DNA of 64,000 nt from Chiloscyllium plagiosum (lineage: Eukaryota), in the NCBI RefSeq assembly GCF_004010195.1, contig NC_057719.1, positions 58,029,823 to 58,093,822 on the forward strand, given 5' to 3'. Below the pieces are notes generated by a model. It searched no databases. It was not told the DNA's origin and worked only from the letters and a program-made list of their open reading frames with translations. This document shows positions 13,811 to 25,745 of the stretch, piece by piece (position 1 is the stretch's first letter; each line of letters starts with the position of its first letter). Both the position numbers and the translations under genes were made by a program.

Positions 13811-14821
13811 TGATTTGCAAAACTTCAATTAAATCTCCTCAGCGTTTCCTTTTCCAATCTATCTTCATAACTGAAGTTCCTCATTGCTGGACCCATTCTT
13901 ATAAACCTCCTGTGCATTTGCTCCAATATGTTCTCATCTATTCCTAAAGTTTGGCACCAGAACTGTACACAATACTCAAACAGAGGTTAAACAAGCAACT
14001 TTTACCTGTTCATCACAATTTATTAATAAAGCCTGAAATACAGTATGTTTTATTAACCTCTAACTTCACCTGTCCTGTCACATTTAATGATCTATGTACG
14101 TATATATCCAAGTCTCTCTGCTCTTGCAAATCCTTTGAAGTAGACCCCTTTAGTTTTTATTGTCTTACGATGTTCTTTCCACCAAAATGTAATATCACAG
14201 TCTTCTCCACATGGAATTTCAAATGTCACCCATCCATCCACTCTGCCAACTTCTCAATGTTCTTTTGTAGTTTTACACTGTCCTGCTCACAGCTTACAAT
14301 GCTCCCAACTCTTGCATTTTCTTCAAACTTTGAAATTGTCTCCTGCAATCCAAGGTTAGAACATTAATATAAATCAGGGAAAGTAAGGTTCTCAATATTG
14401 AGTCCTGGGGTGCTCCACCCTAAACCTTCTGCCAGCTTGATAAGTTTCCAATAACCATTATTACTCTTTACTTACTATCACTCAGATACAGTGACAGTCA
14501 TAGAGGGAATTTTGTTTTGCGACTATGTCTTTAAGTTAGGATAAAATGAAAAGAACCATGTGACCTGTTCTGAAGTCTACTTGACAACAAGCGCGTGTGA
14601 TGCAGCTTTTAAAGATAAAATTGATGCCAGGGTAATGTAAGATGATCACACCTGAAAACAATAAAACTGCTCATCTCCAAATCCCCAGGAGTGTGTTAAG
14701 AATGTAGAGTTGTAAACAGTTATGCTTTAATTGCAGTTTCCTCTACATTGGAGAGATGAAACACAGACTGGATGACTGGTTTTGTAACACCTATATTCTA
14801 TCCTTGAAACTAACTCTGAAC

Positions 14822-14980
14822 TTCTAGTTGCCTGCCACTTCAATAGATCACCGGTGTTCCCCATTCCAACATTTCTATCTCAGGCTTGCTCCAGTGTTCC
14901 AATGAAGCTCAATGCAAGCTGGAGGAACACCACCTTATCTCCCACTTAGGCACCTTACAGCCCTCAAAACTCAACATCGA
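14822..14980 (+). mobile_element. Penelope-like GIY-YIG C-terminal remnant
   Basis: VACHFN...KLEEHHLISHLGTLQPSKLNI, homologous to RLEEERLIFRLGTLQPHGMNV at ~51090-51150. Confidence 0.7.
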
Positions 14981-16190
14981 ACATAGAACAGTAGAACATA
15001 TAACAGTACAGGCCCTTCGGCCCTTGATGCTATGCCGATCTTTTATCCTACTCTAAGATCAAAGTAACCTACACATCCTTCAATTTACTATCATCCATGT
15101 GCACATCCAAGAGTCGCTTAAATGTCCCTAATGTATCTGACTCCAATACCACCATTGGCAGCACATTCCATGCACCCATCACGCTCTGACCAACCTCTGA
15201 CATCTCCCCTCAACCTTCCTCCAATCACCTTAAAATTATGCCCCCTTGTGACAGCATTTCTGCCCTGGGAAAACATCTCTGACTATTCACTCTGTCTATG
15301 CCTGTCATCATCTTGTACACCTGTGTCAAGTCGCTTCTCGCTCTTCTTCATCCCAATGAGAAAAGCACTAGCTCCCTCAATCTTTCTTCAAAAGACATGC
15401 CCTCCAGTCCAGGCAGCAGCCTAGTAAGTCTCCTCTCACCCTCTCTAGAGCTTCCACATCCTTCCTATAATGAGGTGACCAAGAACTGAACACAATATAC
15501 CAAGTGTGGTCTAACCAGGGCTCTATAGAGCTGCAGCATAACCTCATGGCTCTTAAACTCAATTCTCCCTGCTAATGAAAGCGAACACACCATATGCCTT
15601 CTTAAAACTTGGATGGCAACTTTGAGGGATCTATGGACATGGACCCTAAGATCCCTCTGTTCCTGCACACTACCTTTAACCCTGTATTCTGCATTCAAAT
15701 TCAACCTTTCAAAATGAATCACTTCATATATTTCCAGGTTGAACTCCATCTGCCACTTCTCAACCCAGTTCTGCATCCTGTCAATGTCCCATTGCAACCT
15801 ACAACAGCCTTCTACACTATCTGCCACTCCACCAACTTTTGTGTCATTGGCTAACCTACCTTTCCACTTCCGCATCCAAGTCATTTATAAAAATCACAAA
15901 GCGCAGAAGTCCCAGAACAGATCCCTGCAGAATATCACTGGTCACTGAGCTCCAGGCTGAATACTATCCATCTCATACCACCCACTATCTTCTATGGGCC
16001 AGCCAATTCTGTATCCAGACAGCCAAATTTCCTGGTATCCCATGCCTCCTTACTTTCTGAATAAGCCTACCATGAGAAACCTTATCAAATGCCTTGCTAA
16101 AATCCATGTACACCAAATCCAATTCTTTACCTTCATCAATGTGTTTTGTCACATCCTCAAAAAAAATTCAGTAAGACTTGTGAGACATGA
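14981..16190 (-). mobile_element. CR1 LINE RT-3' fragment
   Basis: ORF 15465-15884 ANDTKVGGVADS..WQMEFN..YRALVRPHLVYCVQF. (catagaa)n tail at the left end. Confidence 0.9.
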
Positions 16191-16199
16191 CAAATACTA

Positions 16200-17770
16200 G
16201 CATCTGTGATGCTGGCGGCTAAGGTGAATCATCCACTTGACTCATCAGGCGAAAGCTTCAGCCTTGATTTCCTCACTGACGTACTGGGCATCCCCCATCA
16301 TTGAAGGTGGGGTTATTTGTTAGAAGCCTCATCTCCTGTTAGTTTTTTCATTATCCACCACCATTCATGACTGAATGTGGCAAGACTCAAGAGCTTAGAT
16401 CTGTTGATTGAGAATCCGTTTCCACTGTTTCATGTGCAAGTCGTCCTGCTTTGTAGCTTCACTAGGTTGACACTTCATTTTTAGGTGCTGCTGCTGTCAT
16501 GTTGCTTCTGCACTCCCCACTGAATCAAGGTTGGACCCATGGTTTAATGTTAATGGTAAAGTGGGGAATATGCTTGGCCATGAGGTTACAGATTATGCTA
16601 GAATACAATTCTGCTGTTACTGATAGTGCATGATGTCGCATCAATGCCTATTTTTGAGTTGCTACATGTGTTTGAAGTCTGTTCCCTTCAGCACAGTAAA
16701 GCCATACAACACAATGGTGGGTATAGTCAACATGAAGAAACTATCTCCACAATGATTGTGCAGTGGTCACTCCTGCTGAAATTGTCATGGATGGGTGCAT
16801 CTTTGATAGGTAAACTGTGAGGATGAGGTCAACTACATTATTCTCTCTTGTTCATTCTCTCACCACCTACTGCAGACCTCGTCTGGCAGCTATGTTCTTT
16901 AGGACTCTGCCAGTTCAGTCAGTGGCGATGCTACCAATCCATTCTTGATAGTGGACACTGAAATCCCCACCCTGATTATGTGCCCCTGCCACACTCTGTG
17001 CTTCCTCCAAGTAATACTCGGCATGAAAGAGTACAGATTCATCAGCGAAGATGTGGGGGATTGGTGCTAGTGGTATTTGATGACAACCAACATTTTTAAT
17101 CTGATGCCATGAGAGTTCATGCAGTTCAGAATCAATGTTGAGGATTGCCAGGACATCTCCTTCCAGACTAGATACCACTGCGCTACCAACCCTATTGTAT
17201 CTGTTCTGCTGAAGGGACAGGTCATCCAGGGATGGTGATAGTGATGCCTCAGACAGAGTCATACTCAGTCATATCTTACAGACAATGTCAAGTAGTTCCT
17301 CTAATGATCGGTCGAACAGCTCTCCCAATTTTGGCACCAGCTCACAGCTTTTGTTGACACGACTGTGTTTGCTATTGTTATTTCCTGTACCTTGGTCAAC
17401 CTCAAATGTTCCATCTGGTTTCATTCCTTTCTATAAACTTCACAGCAAGTTTGATGCAACTGAGTGCCTTGCTGGGCAACCACATCACTTTGGGTCTGGA
17501 GTCACAAACAGGTGAGACCAGGCAAGGATGGCAAAATTCCTTCCCTGAAGGGCATTAGTGAACCAAAATTGACAATCTAAGGAGTTGACAAGTTACATAG
17601 TCTCATTAGGTCAGCTTTAAAAAAAAAATTGACGTTTTTGTGATTGAATTTGAATTTCATCATTTACCATGGTGAAAGTTGAACCTACTTCCCCTGAACA
17701 TTAGCCAGTATAGTCAACGAGTTTCTGTAATATTAGTCCAGTAACATTACCATGATGCCACTGCTTCCCT
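16200..17770 (-). mobile_element. tRNA-headed LINE (CR1/L2 group), 5' part with AP endonuclease
   Basis: Minus ORF 16915-17262 LNIDSELHELSWHQIK..ADESVLFH..GDFSVHYQEWIG. tRNA-like head at ~17650-17770. Homologous to 60852-62128. Confidence 0.7.
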
Positions 17771-20677
17771 AGCTCAGAGACAACTTATATTTCAAATCAT
17801 AAGCAGAACCATTTTACATTTTATCACAATTGAAATACATGTCACATTACACTTTACACTGTCCTTTTAGCAGAAATTAAATTCGACTGAACAAAGCCAA
17901 CATTATTCTTCAGTTCTGAGGGTTTATTTCTGTTCTATTCTTTTCTCAATCTGGGAACTTAAAATCTCAGAACTGTTTTTCACAGAAGGGTTCTGCCTCT
18001 GAAAATGCTTCCTTGAGCACACACTAGACAAATCTCTAGCTTCATTTTATTTCCTTATGAATTTGGTTTTATCAATCTTAGTGCAAACTCCACCAGCATT
18101 CCTGTGTGATGATCTAAAATGTCTCACTGTCTATTGCTGCTTTCCTTCTCCTAGATGCTAACAGACTCATTTTATCTGTCATCTTTCAGGGATAGCTGAT
18201 ACCTTTCTCGGCTCAATGCCCACCTCCATGGCAGCATGAATCATACGGGCCTTTTATTCAGGCATAAATGCTCATTGGGTCTACTCAATAGCACAATTCT
18301 CTTTTATTTTGGAAAAAAATAGACAGTTTAAAGCACAGCTATTTACAACCCAACATTCTCACCACTTTTTCTACCACTTTAGAGACACTCTCATCTATCT
18401 ACTGCTAACACAGAGGCTTATTGTTATTGTCCCCAAGAGAAAACAGCTTGTGTGTCCATCTTGGTAAAACAATTTGGGCCCCCTTTAATCTCTCTCAATC
18501 ACACCACCCAAGCAGACCTCAGAACAGGTCATATAACTCCTTTCATTTTTCCTTAAATTAAAGATGCAGTCGCAAAACATAATAATCTAATAAACCACAT
18601 AATTGTAACAATGTGCTTTGATCAACAAAGCTCACTTATCACTCGCCACTGAAATATGTTAGTTGATAAAGTTGCAGAATGGTGTCTTTAATGTGGAAAC
18701 CTTGAATTGTAGCAGCTGGAGGAAATCGTAATCAGTACAGAAGAATGAAATAATTAGGTCTACAGTGACCAGCTATAATGAGCAAAAAAAAGAGACAGTA
18801 TAATGCTAGATAGGCAAACATCTGACAGGCAGCTGGTATCATGATCTGTAGAGGAGCAACCCAAATGCTTTGGCAACAATACATTGCAGGTGTGTGGATC
18901 AAACACAAAATACTTAAAATGAACTGTTTACTCAAACAATACACATACTAAATAAGAACTAAGCGTAAATTTTCCTTAACTTATATTCTTTTGGTAATGT
19001 TGATCATGCAATGTGGGTTTGGAAAGGCTAACAATTTACAATTATTCAGTCTTCTTCCCTCTTGATATATGCACATTAGACTGAACTAGAATCATACATA
19101 TTATATGAAATTGCAAGCTCTGTACTGAATCTCAGTACATGACAGAGTACTATGGAGAAGGCTGTTTTTCCATTCTACAGGAGTAGTTGAAGGGCAACTA
19201 ACAGTTCTTTCTAATTAAACAATCTTGCTGAGTTACAGTGACCATGAATATGCATGCAAAATACATCCAAAGTTGTAAGGGTTAGCCAAATAGCAAAATA
19301 AATTTTCCTTGAATTACGACCATAAAATAATAAATGATTTCATGAAGTAGTCTTCCGTTTGGGGAAATGAATGATCTCATCCAGCAGACTGGTAGAAAAC
19401 TGAGCACAAGTATAGAATACCACTAGAATCAGCAACAAATGATCTCATACACACAGGCTTAAAAAAGAATGAAACACTAATTTTAGCCTTTAACCTTGTG
19501 TTGAGATCTGTACTCTTGACCTGACAACCAGAAACCTGCCAAAGTTATGTTGAACAGGATGCAAAACTTAAATATTTTGAAGAAGAATCAGTTGAAGTGC
19601 TGATGAAAACATCAAAATGAAGCTTCCAGGAAGTCCTCTCACTTTTGTAATATCTTCCTTCATGAAGGGAAGCCACAGAAGTGAAAAAACCTTATCCACT
19701 TCATCATGGTATATGGAGTCTGGCTTTGAAGCAGCAGCTGCCCACCATAAATTTCACTGACCCACAAAGACATTTGCTATACTTTCCAACTGCTTTCTCC
19801 ATGGAACTGCAGCTCAGCATTACATCCAAGTAACAACACCTGACAAAACTAAGCAGCCTTAAAATGTGAGAATTTAAAGACATCATTGTTGTTATTTTTC
19901 TCCTACTGCAATGGCAGAGAAGCATGAAGGTACACCACAAAGGAATAACAAAGCACTACTTGGATTCAAATCCTCAGTAGTTTGTGAAAAGAAATTACTT
20001 TAAATATGAAATCATTCCTCTATCAATTGAAGAAAGACTGTTATAAAAATACTTCGGAAAGCCAAATATTCAATAACTTGATTTTTTAAAATTCCTAAAC
20101 ACTGAATAAACTGATTAATTTGTACGATTGATAGCAAAATTTTTCATTCTTTCAGTATATATAAAATTATAACATAACAAAGCACTTCAAAATGCACTTC
20201 AAAGGCTGAATTTATTTCTGTGGGTGCAAACATCTCCCATGATGCCTGCTTTGCTCTCAAGTCATTCATGTTATCCTCCAAACATGTTAATTATATTACA
20301 GCCTTATAATCACAATCTCCAAATAAATTCCATGGATGAAAACACCCTTTAAAAATTAGAATAATCTGTTACTCCAAATTATGAGCATTTACATTTTGAA
20401 GCTTGACATTTTTAAAGAAACAAGTTCTATAACAACAATAAAGCAATTTATACCAGCCATTCAACCGTACAAACAGTGAGATTTTCTTTTTCATGCTGTT
20501 CAAACCCTTAAGTTAGATGAGAGATGTGCATGTCTGTTTTTTGTCTCAATAATCTATACTGGTAGGAGCCCAAGAAATTTAGTACAGAAGTGATGCAGGT
20601 TTACTGCAATTATGTTGCCATTCAGTTTTCAGTGTAGACGAATAATGCTGAAGAAAATTAGCTATTAGACTTAATGC

Positions 20678-20751
20678 TTTTGTTCCCTTAAGTGAAATTT
20701 TAAAATAATATTTTTTAAAATTGTTTTAAAATTTCACTTAAGGGAACAAAA
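20678..20751. repeat. perfect 28-bp inverted repeat with 18-nt spacer
   Basis: ttttgttcccttaagtgaaattttaaaa (20678-20705) and its exact reverse complement (20724-20751). Confidence 0.95.
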
Positions 20752-21429
20752 TCATTCTTTTAAGAATGTCTTCACTCCTCTCTGTAAAGTCACAGGCTTC
20801 ATGGGTACCAGCATAGGCAGCAAGTAAGAAGTCAACCACAGTAAATGTTAACAGTTGAGAAATGGGGCAGAAAAGGGAAGATGGGTAAGGGCAGCATTGT
20901 TACTTGAGGTCATCTTCACATCCACAACTTCAAAAATGAATGATGAATTGCAATCTTTTAAATTGATGCCCATTTTGCTTTTACCTCTCCTCAATTCTTT
21001 ACCAATTGTAACATTCTCAACATTGCATTGGCTGAGCTCAGCCAATTCATGAGAAGCCACGGACTGAACATGGTGTGATACTGCAGCTCCATTAACAAGT
21101 TTATGTTGTCCTTGTTTTTTTTTCAAAAAATGTTTTATGACACAGATTCTGAAATGTCTGACTTGATCTACTTGAAAAAGCTTTTAAGTTTAAAAAAAAA
21201 CACTTGCACAATGAAAGGGGAATGGCCAGTTCTCCCAGCTCGGCTTTTCTCTGGTTTGATTTGATTTGGTTTGGTTTGGGTTTTAGCAGTCTGGCTGTTC
21301 AGAGAAAGTAGTCAGTCTGTTTTGAGGCTGCTGGTCAAAGAAACAGCTACATGGAAGAAGGTGTTCAATGCTGAATCTCTCTGCCATCTCCCCTGCAAAC
21401 CCTGTGTTTGATTTTACCTTGTTTTGTCA

Positions 21430-22016
21430 AGGGGTCAGAGGTTAGGGATACTGCAGCGAGTCACTCACTTCCTGACTCCACAAAGTCTCTCCACCATCTT
21501 CAAGGCAGAAGTCAGGAGTGTGATGGAATACTCCCCACCTGCAGCTCAAACAACACTCAAGAAGCTTGACAGCATACAGGACAAAGTAGCCCACTTGATT
21601 GGCATTGCATCCGTAAGTATCCCGTCCCTCTACCACCGACATTCAGAATCAGCAGCATGTACGATCTGCAAGATGCACTGGAGAAATTCAGCAGAAGTCC
21701 TCAGATAACACCTTCCAAACCTATGACCACTTCCATCTGGAAGGACAAGAGCAGCAGATATATCGGAACACAACACTTGCAAGTTCCCTTCCAAGCCACT
21801 CACCATCCTGACTTGGAAATACATCACGGTTTCTTCATTGCCACTGGATCAAAATTCTGAAATTCCCTACCTAATGGCATTGCGGGTCAACCCGAAGCAG
21901 GCGGACTGCAACAGTTCAAGAAGGCAGCTCACCAACACCTTCTTGGGCGAACTAGGAATGGGCAATACATGCTGGCCAGCCAGAAACACCCACATCCCAT
22001 AAATGAATTTAAAAAC
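21430..22016 (+). mobile_element. LINE 3' end (CR1/L2 group)
   Basis: GQRLGILQRVTHFLTPQSLSTIFKAEVRSVMEYSP. Tail gggcaatacatgctggcc...cacatcccataaatgaatttaaaaa is shared with the SINE at 3541-3605. Confidence 0.8.
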
Positions 22017-22156
22017 CCTTTAAGGATTGTAATGAAATCTCAACCAGTTCCTAAGTAAGAACAAAACAAACTCAGCTGGTCAGGCAACATCTATGGATGA
22101 AAGATTAGAGTGGTGCTGGCAAAGCACAGCAGGTCAAGCAGCATCCAAGGAGCAGG

Positions 22157-22196
22157 AAAATCGACGTTTCGGGCAAAGGCCCTTCATCAGGGATGA
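22157..22196 (-). ncRNA. minimal type I hammerhead ribozyme motif (intact core)
   Basis: Minus strand CTGATGA-A-GGGC(CTTT)GCCC-GAAA-CG-TC. Predicted cleavage after the C at 22163. Confidence 0.7.
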
Positions 22197-23026
22197 GGCT
22201 GGGAGCCTGGGGGTTTCAGAGATAAATGGGAGGGGGTCGGGCTGGGGAGAAGGTAGCTGAGAGAGCAATAGGCGGATTGAAGTGGGGGTGAAGGTGATAG
22301 GTCAGAGAGGAGGGTGGAGAGGATAGGTGGGAAGGAAGATTGACAGGTGGGACAGGTCATGAGGACGGTGCTGAGCTGGAAGGTTGTTGGGGTGGAAGGT
22401 GAGTACTCCTCACTTCCACTACATTGATAACTGCATCAGTGCCACTTCATGCCCCCACAAGGAGGTTGAACAGTTCATCAATTTCACCAACACATTCCAC
22501 CCCGACCTTAAATTCACCTGGACCATCTCTGACACCTCCCTCCTCTTCTTGGATCTCTCGATCTCCATCGACAATGACCAACTCAACACTGACATTTTTT
22601 ACAAACCTGGACCTCACCTTCCACCCACCAACCTCCGCTTAAAACACATCAGCTGCCGACATTTCTGCCAGCTTCAAACAGATCCCAGGGATATATTCCC
22701 CTCCCCACACCAATCTGCTTGCCGCAAAGACCGTTCCCTCCGTGACTACCTGGTCAGGTCCACGCCCTCCAACAACCCACCCTCCCCTCCTGGCACCTTC
22801 CCCTGCCACTACAGGAATTGCCCACACCTCCCCCCCTCACCTCCGTCCAAAGCCCCAAATGAGCCTTCCAACCATCAACATTTCACCTGCACTTCTACAG
22901 GTCATTTATTGTGTCCGTTACTCCCGATGCAGTCTCTTCTACACTGGGGAGACCGGACACCTTCTCACAGAGCACTTCAGAGAACATTCCCTCCCATTTA
23001 TCTCTCCACCCCCGAGGCTCCCAGCC

Positions 23027-23066
23027 TCATTCCTGATGAAGGGTTTTTGCCCGAAACGTTGGTTTT
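23027..23066 (+). ncRNA. minimal hammerhead ribozyme motif
   Basis: CTGATGA-A-GGGT(TTTT)GCCC-GAAA-CG-TT, core 23033-23060. Confidence 0.6.
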
Positions 23067-23105
23067 CCTTCTCCTCAGATGCTGCCTCACCTGCTGTGCT
23101 TTGCC

Positions 23106-23145
23106 AGATTCCTGAAGAAGGGCTCATGCCCGAAACGTTGATTCT
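23106..23145 (+). ncRNA. minimal hammerhead ribozyme motif
   Basis: AGATTC-CTGAAGA-A-GGGC(TCAT)GCCC-GAAA-CG-TT-GATTCT. Stem I AGATTC/GATTCT has one U-U mismatch. Confidence 0.65.
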
Positions 23146-23548
23146 CCTGCTCCTTGGATGCTGCCTGACCTGCTGCACTTTTCCAGCAACACATTTTCAG
23201 CTAATGTAGAAGACAGCATATGATTATATGTCACAATTACACTTTGGAAAACATTTGCTGTCACTTTTTATTGAAGTACAACCAAGATGGTGGTGGAGTA
23301 CAGCGCTTCAGATAGAGTTTGTTTGCTCATTCCATTTCATTTTTTTTCTCTTTTTCTCTTCTCTTTTCTGTTTTCTTTCCTTCTTCTCTCTTCTTCTTCT
23401 CCTGCCCTCAGACTCAGCACAGACCGGACCAGGCAAGCTGACCTGCCGGCCTGGCATGGCATCCTCTCAGCCTGATGTGGTGCACTTTCGGCCTGGTGTG
23501 GTTGCCTAAGAAACTCATGCTTCCAGAATCTACTGACAGTGGGACCAG

Positions 23549-23755
23549 AGAGTGTAGTGCTGGAAAAGCACAGCTGGTCAGGCAGTATCCAAGAAGCAGG
23601 AGAATCAATGTTTTGGGCATAAGCTCTCAAAATGTTGATTCTCCTGCTTCCTGTGAAATGTCGATTCTCCTACTCCTCTGATGCTGCCTGACCAGCTGTG
23701 CTTTTCTAGCACCACACTCTCGACTCTGATCGCCAGCTTCTGCTGTGCTCACTTT
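23549..23755. mobile_element. fold-back mini-insert of two opposed Penelope termini
   Basis: 16-bp TSD ctgacagtgggaccag at 23533-23548 and 23756-23771. A minus-strand terminus is followed by a plus-strand terminus. Confidence 0.8.
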
Positions 23756-24564
23756 CTGACAGTGGGACCAGCTTTCTGCCACAAGGAGGCAGGAAGCAAA
23801 TTGAAAATTTTCAGGTAGCCGACTAAGGACAATTTTATCAAGTTATTGGCCTTTTGTCAATGATAGATTTACCTTCCGCCCACCACCACTACCATCATCA
23901 TTCCCTGCCTCCCAGCAGCAGCTTGGGCAGAGAAGCATCCTTTATTCCAAAACGAAACCGGGAAGGCAACCCCTTTGGTAAAATCATTTGCCTGATTTTC
24001 CCTCCACTAATAAAATTTTGAAGTTTTACTTGAGTTTCTTTGGCCTCGCTTGAGTAGGCTGCAGAACTTTTTTTCTTTTTCAGCAGTAGCCATGTCTTGG
24101 TGATGTTTAAGCTGCTGACTGAGGGAGTGGGCAGACGAGTGGCTGTGCTGCATTGGACAGCAAGCTCAGTGGCAGCTTATTTCTGAGCTGTATTGCAAGT
24201 TACCAAAACACATCTCCAGATGCTACTGGGACTCTTGACTGTTTTCCACAAACTTCTACCAGCATTTCATATTATCAGAACCAACAAAAGATAGAAAGTT
24301 AACAATTTCTGAGCAACTGATAATAGGGGTGTATGGATGGACAAAGATGATTACCTATGGCACATTGAAGGTGGCAGACATTAAACAACAGAAGTTTTTA
24401 ACAGTATAAAAGTCAAAGTAAGTATCACTGGATATCGTAATACGATTAAAGATGTTGCCAGATGAGGTATGAATAGCTGCACAGTGGTTAATAGCATGCA
24501 ACAGGAAGGAAGTGAAACAAAACCAAATCAGCAAAATATTGTAACAAAATGGAGGAAGAGGTTA

Positions 24565-24690
24565 TCATTCAAAATTGTTGAATCCAATATTTAGGTCAGA
24601 AGGCTATAGATTGTTGAGTTGAAGAATGAGGTGTTGTTCCTTGTGTTTTGTTAATCTTCACTCATACATCACAGCAGGCCAAGGCTAGAA
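24565..24690 (-). mobile_element. old Penelope-like endonuclease remnant
   Basis: Minus strand gives ..EQHLILQLNNL.PSDLNIGFNNF, like the C-terminus at 14900-14980. Confidence 0.5.
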
Positions 24691-25413
24691 GATTTGGGAG
24701 CAAGGAGGAGAACTGAAAATACAAGCAAATCATCACAATATCCCTCTCCCCAGCAACTTTCCATAAAAGCACAGGAGATGCAAATCAGAACTGATAGAAT
24801 CACACGTCCAAGGATTTAAAGTACTCTATCCAAAGGAAGTAATGATGAATTTTTAATTCTTTCTGTGTACTATATCATATTCACTGCTGATAGTGTAGTC
24901 TCCGCTACACTGGGGGGGGGGGGGGGGCGGGGGAAGGTCTCCATTCAGTTTGCAAGCATACTGAACTTTCATCGCTTGTTGTTTCAATTCTTCAAACTTG
25001 CTCCAAGTCTGACCATTCTGCCTTTGGTCGGTGACAGTCTTCCAAAGAACATGAAAACTAACTTGAAGAACTTCATCTTATGAATCAGTGCTCTACAGAT
25101 CTGTAGACTTAACACTGACTCCAATACTTTCAGATCATGATCTCTGATTCCATTTTGCTTCTTTTTAGCTCAATCAATGTTGTCTATTTTTTTCTTTATG
25201 GTTAACAATACTATTCACAGTAGGCTACTATGCAGTTACTCGCACCTTAACTAAAAACATCTTTGTTTCATGATTGTTCCATTGTATATTCTTCCGATAT
25301 CCTTTAGAATCTATACATCCAAGTGTATGCATACACAAGTACTCAATGTTACACACCCTACATTAGTGCATGGAAATCTGTGTATTGAACTGACAATGCA
25401 TCACTCTGCAACA

Positions 25414-25745
25414 CGGTGGCACAGTGGTGGGGTGGCACGGTGGCACAGTGGTTAGCACTGCTGCCTCACAGCACCAGAGACCTGGGTTCAAATCCCGCCT
25501 CAGGCGACTGACTGTGTAGAGTTTGCACATTCTCCCCATGTCTGCGTGCATTTCCTCCGGGTGCTCCGGTTTCCTCCCACAGTCCAAAGATGTGCAGGCC
25601 AGGTGAATTGGCCATGCTAAATTGCCTGTAGTGTTAGGTAAAGGGGTAAGTGTAGGGGTATGGGTGGGTTGCGCTTCGGCGGGTCGGTGTGGACTTGTTG
25701 GGCCGAAGGGCCTGTTTCCACACTGTAGGTAATCTAATCTAATCT
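25414..25745 (+). mobile_element. HE1-type SINE, well preserved
   Basis: A/B boxes (tggcacagtgg, gggttcaaatccc), HE1 core, tail gggccgaagggcctgtttcc and (aatct)n. Confidence 0.9.

Larger units (their letters stand above)
12412..14480 (-). mobile_element. older CR1 LINE RT/3' region split by a younger CR1
   Basis: CR1-like sequence at 12412-12757 and 13811-14480 rejoins across the tgattt duplication (12752-12757 / 13811-13816). Confidence 0.65.
22105..23202 (+). mobile_element. Penelope-like element: inverted terminal segment + deleted RT/GIY-YIG body + tandem 3' termini
   Basis: RT motifs YIDNCI, LKFTWTISDTSLLFLDL, TDIFYKP. GIY-YIG VIYCVRYSRCSLFYTGETG. Segment 22117-22234 is the reverse complement of 22989-23107. 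Confidence 0.85.

Noticed and set aside
24912..24933. Poly-G run as a G-quadruplex element (also ~55289-55301)
   Set aside because: Simple homopolymer with no supporting context; length is unreliable in assemblies.
24935..25190. Possible minus-strand coding exon (..WSKFEELKQQAMKVQYACK..)
   Set aside because: Stops in all frames over the stretch, no convincing splice sites and no recognised homology.
25430..25505. tRNA gene
   Set aside because: It is the tRNA-derived head of an HE1 SINE and runs straight into the SINE body. The same holds for the other heads.
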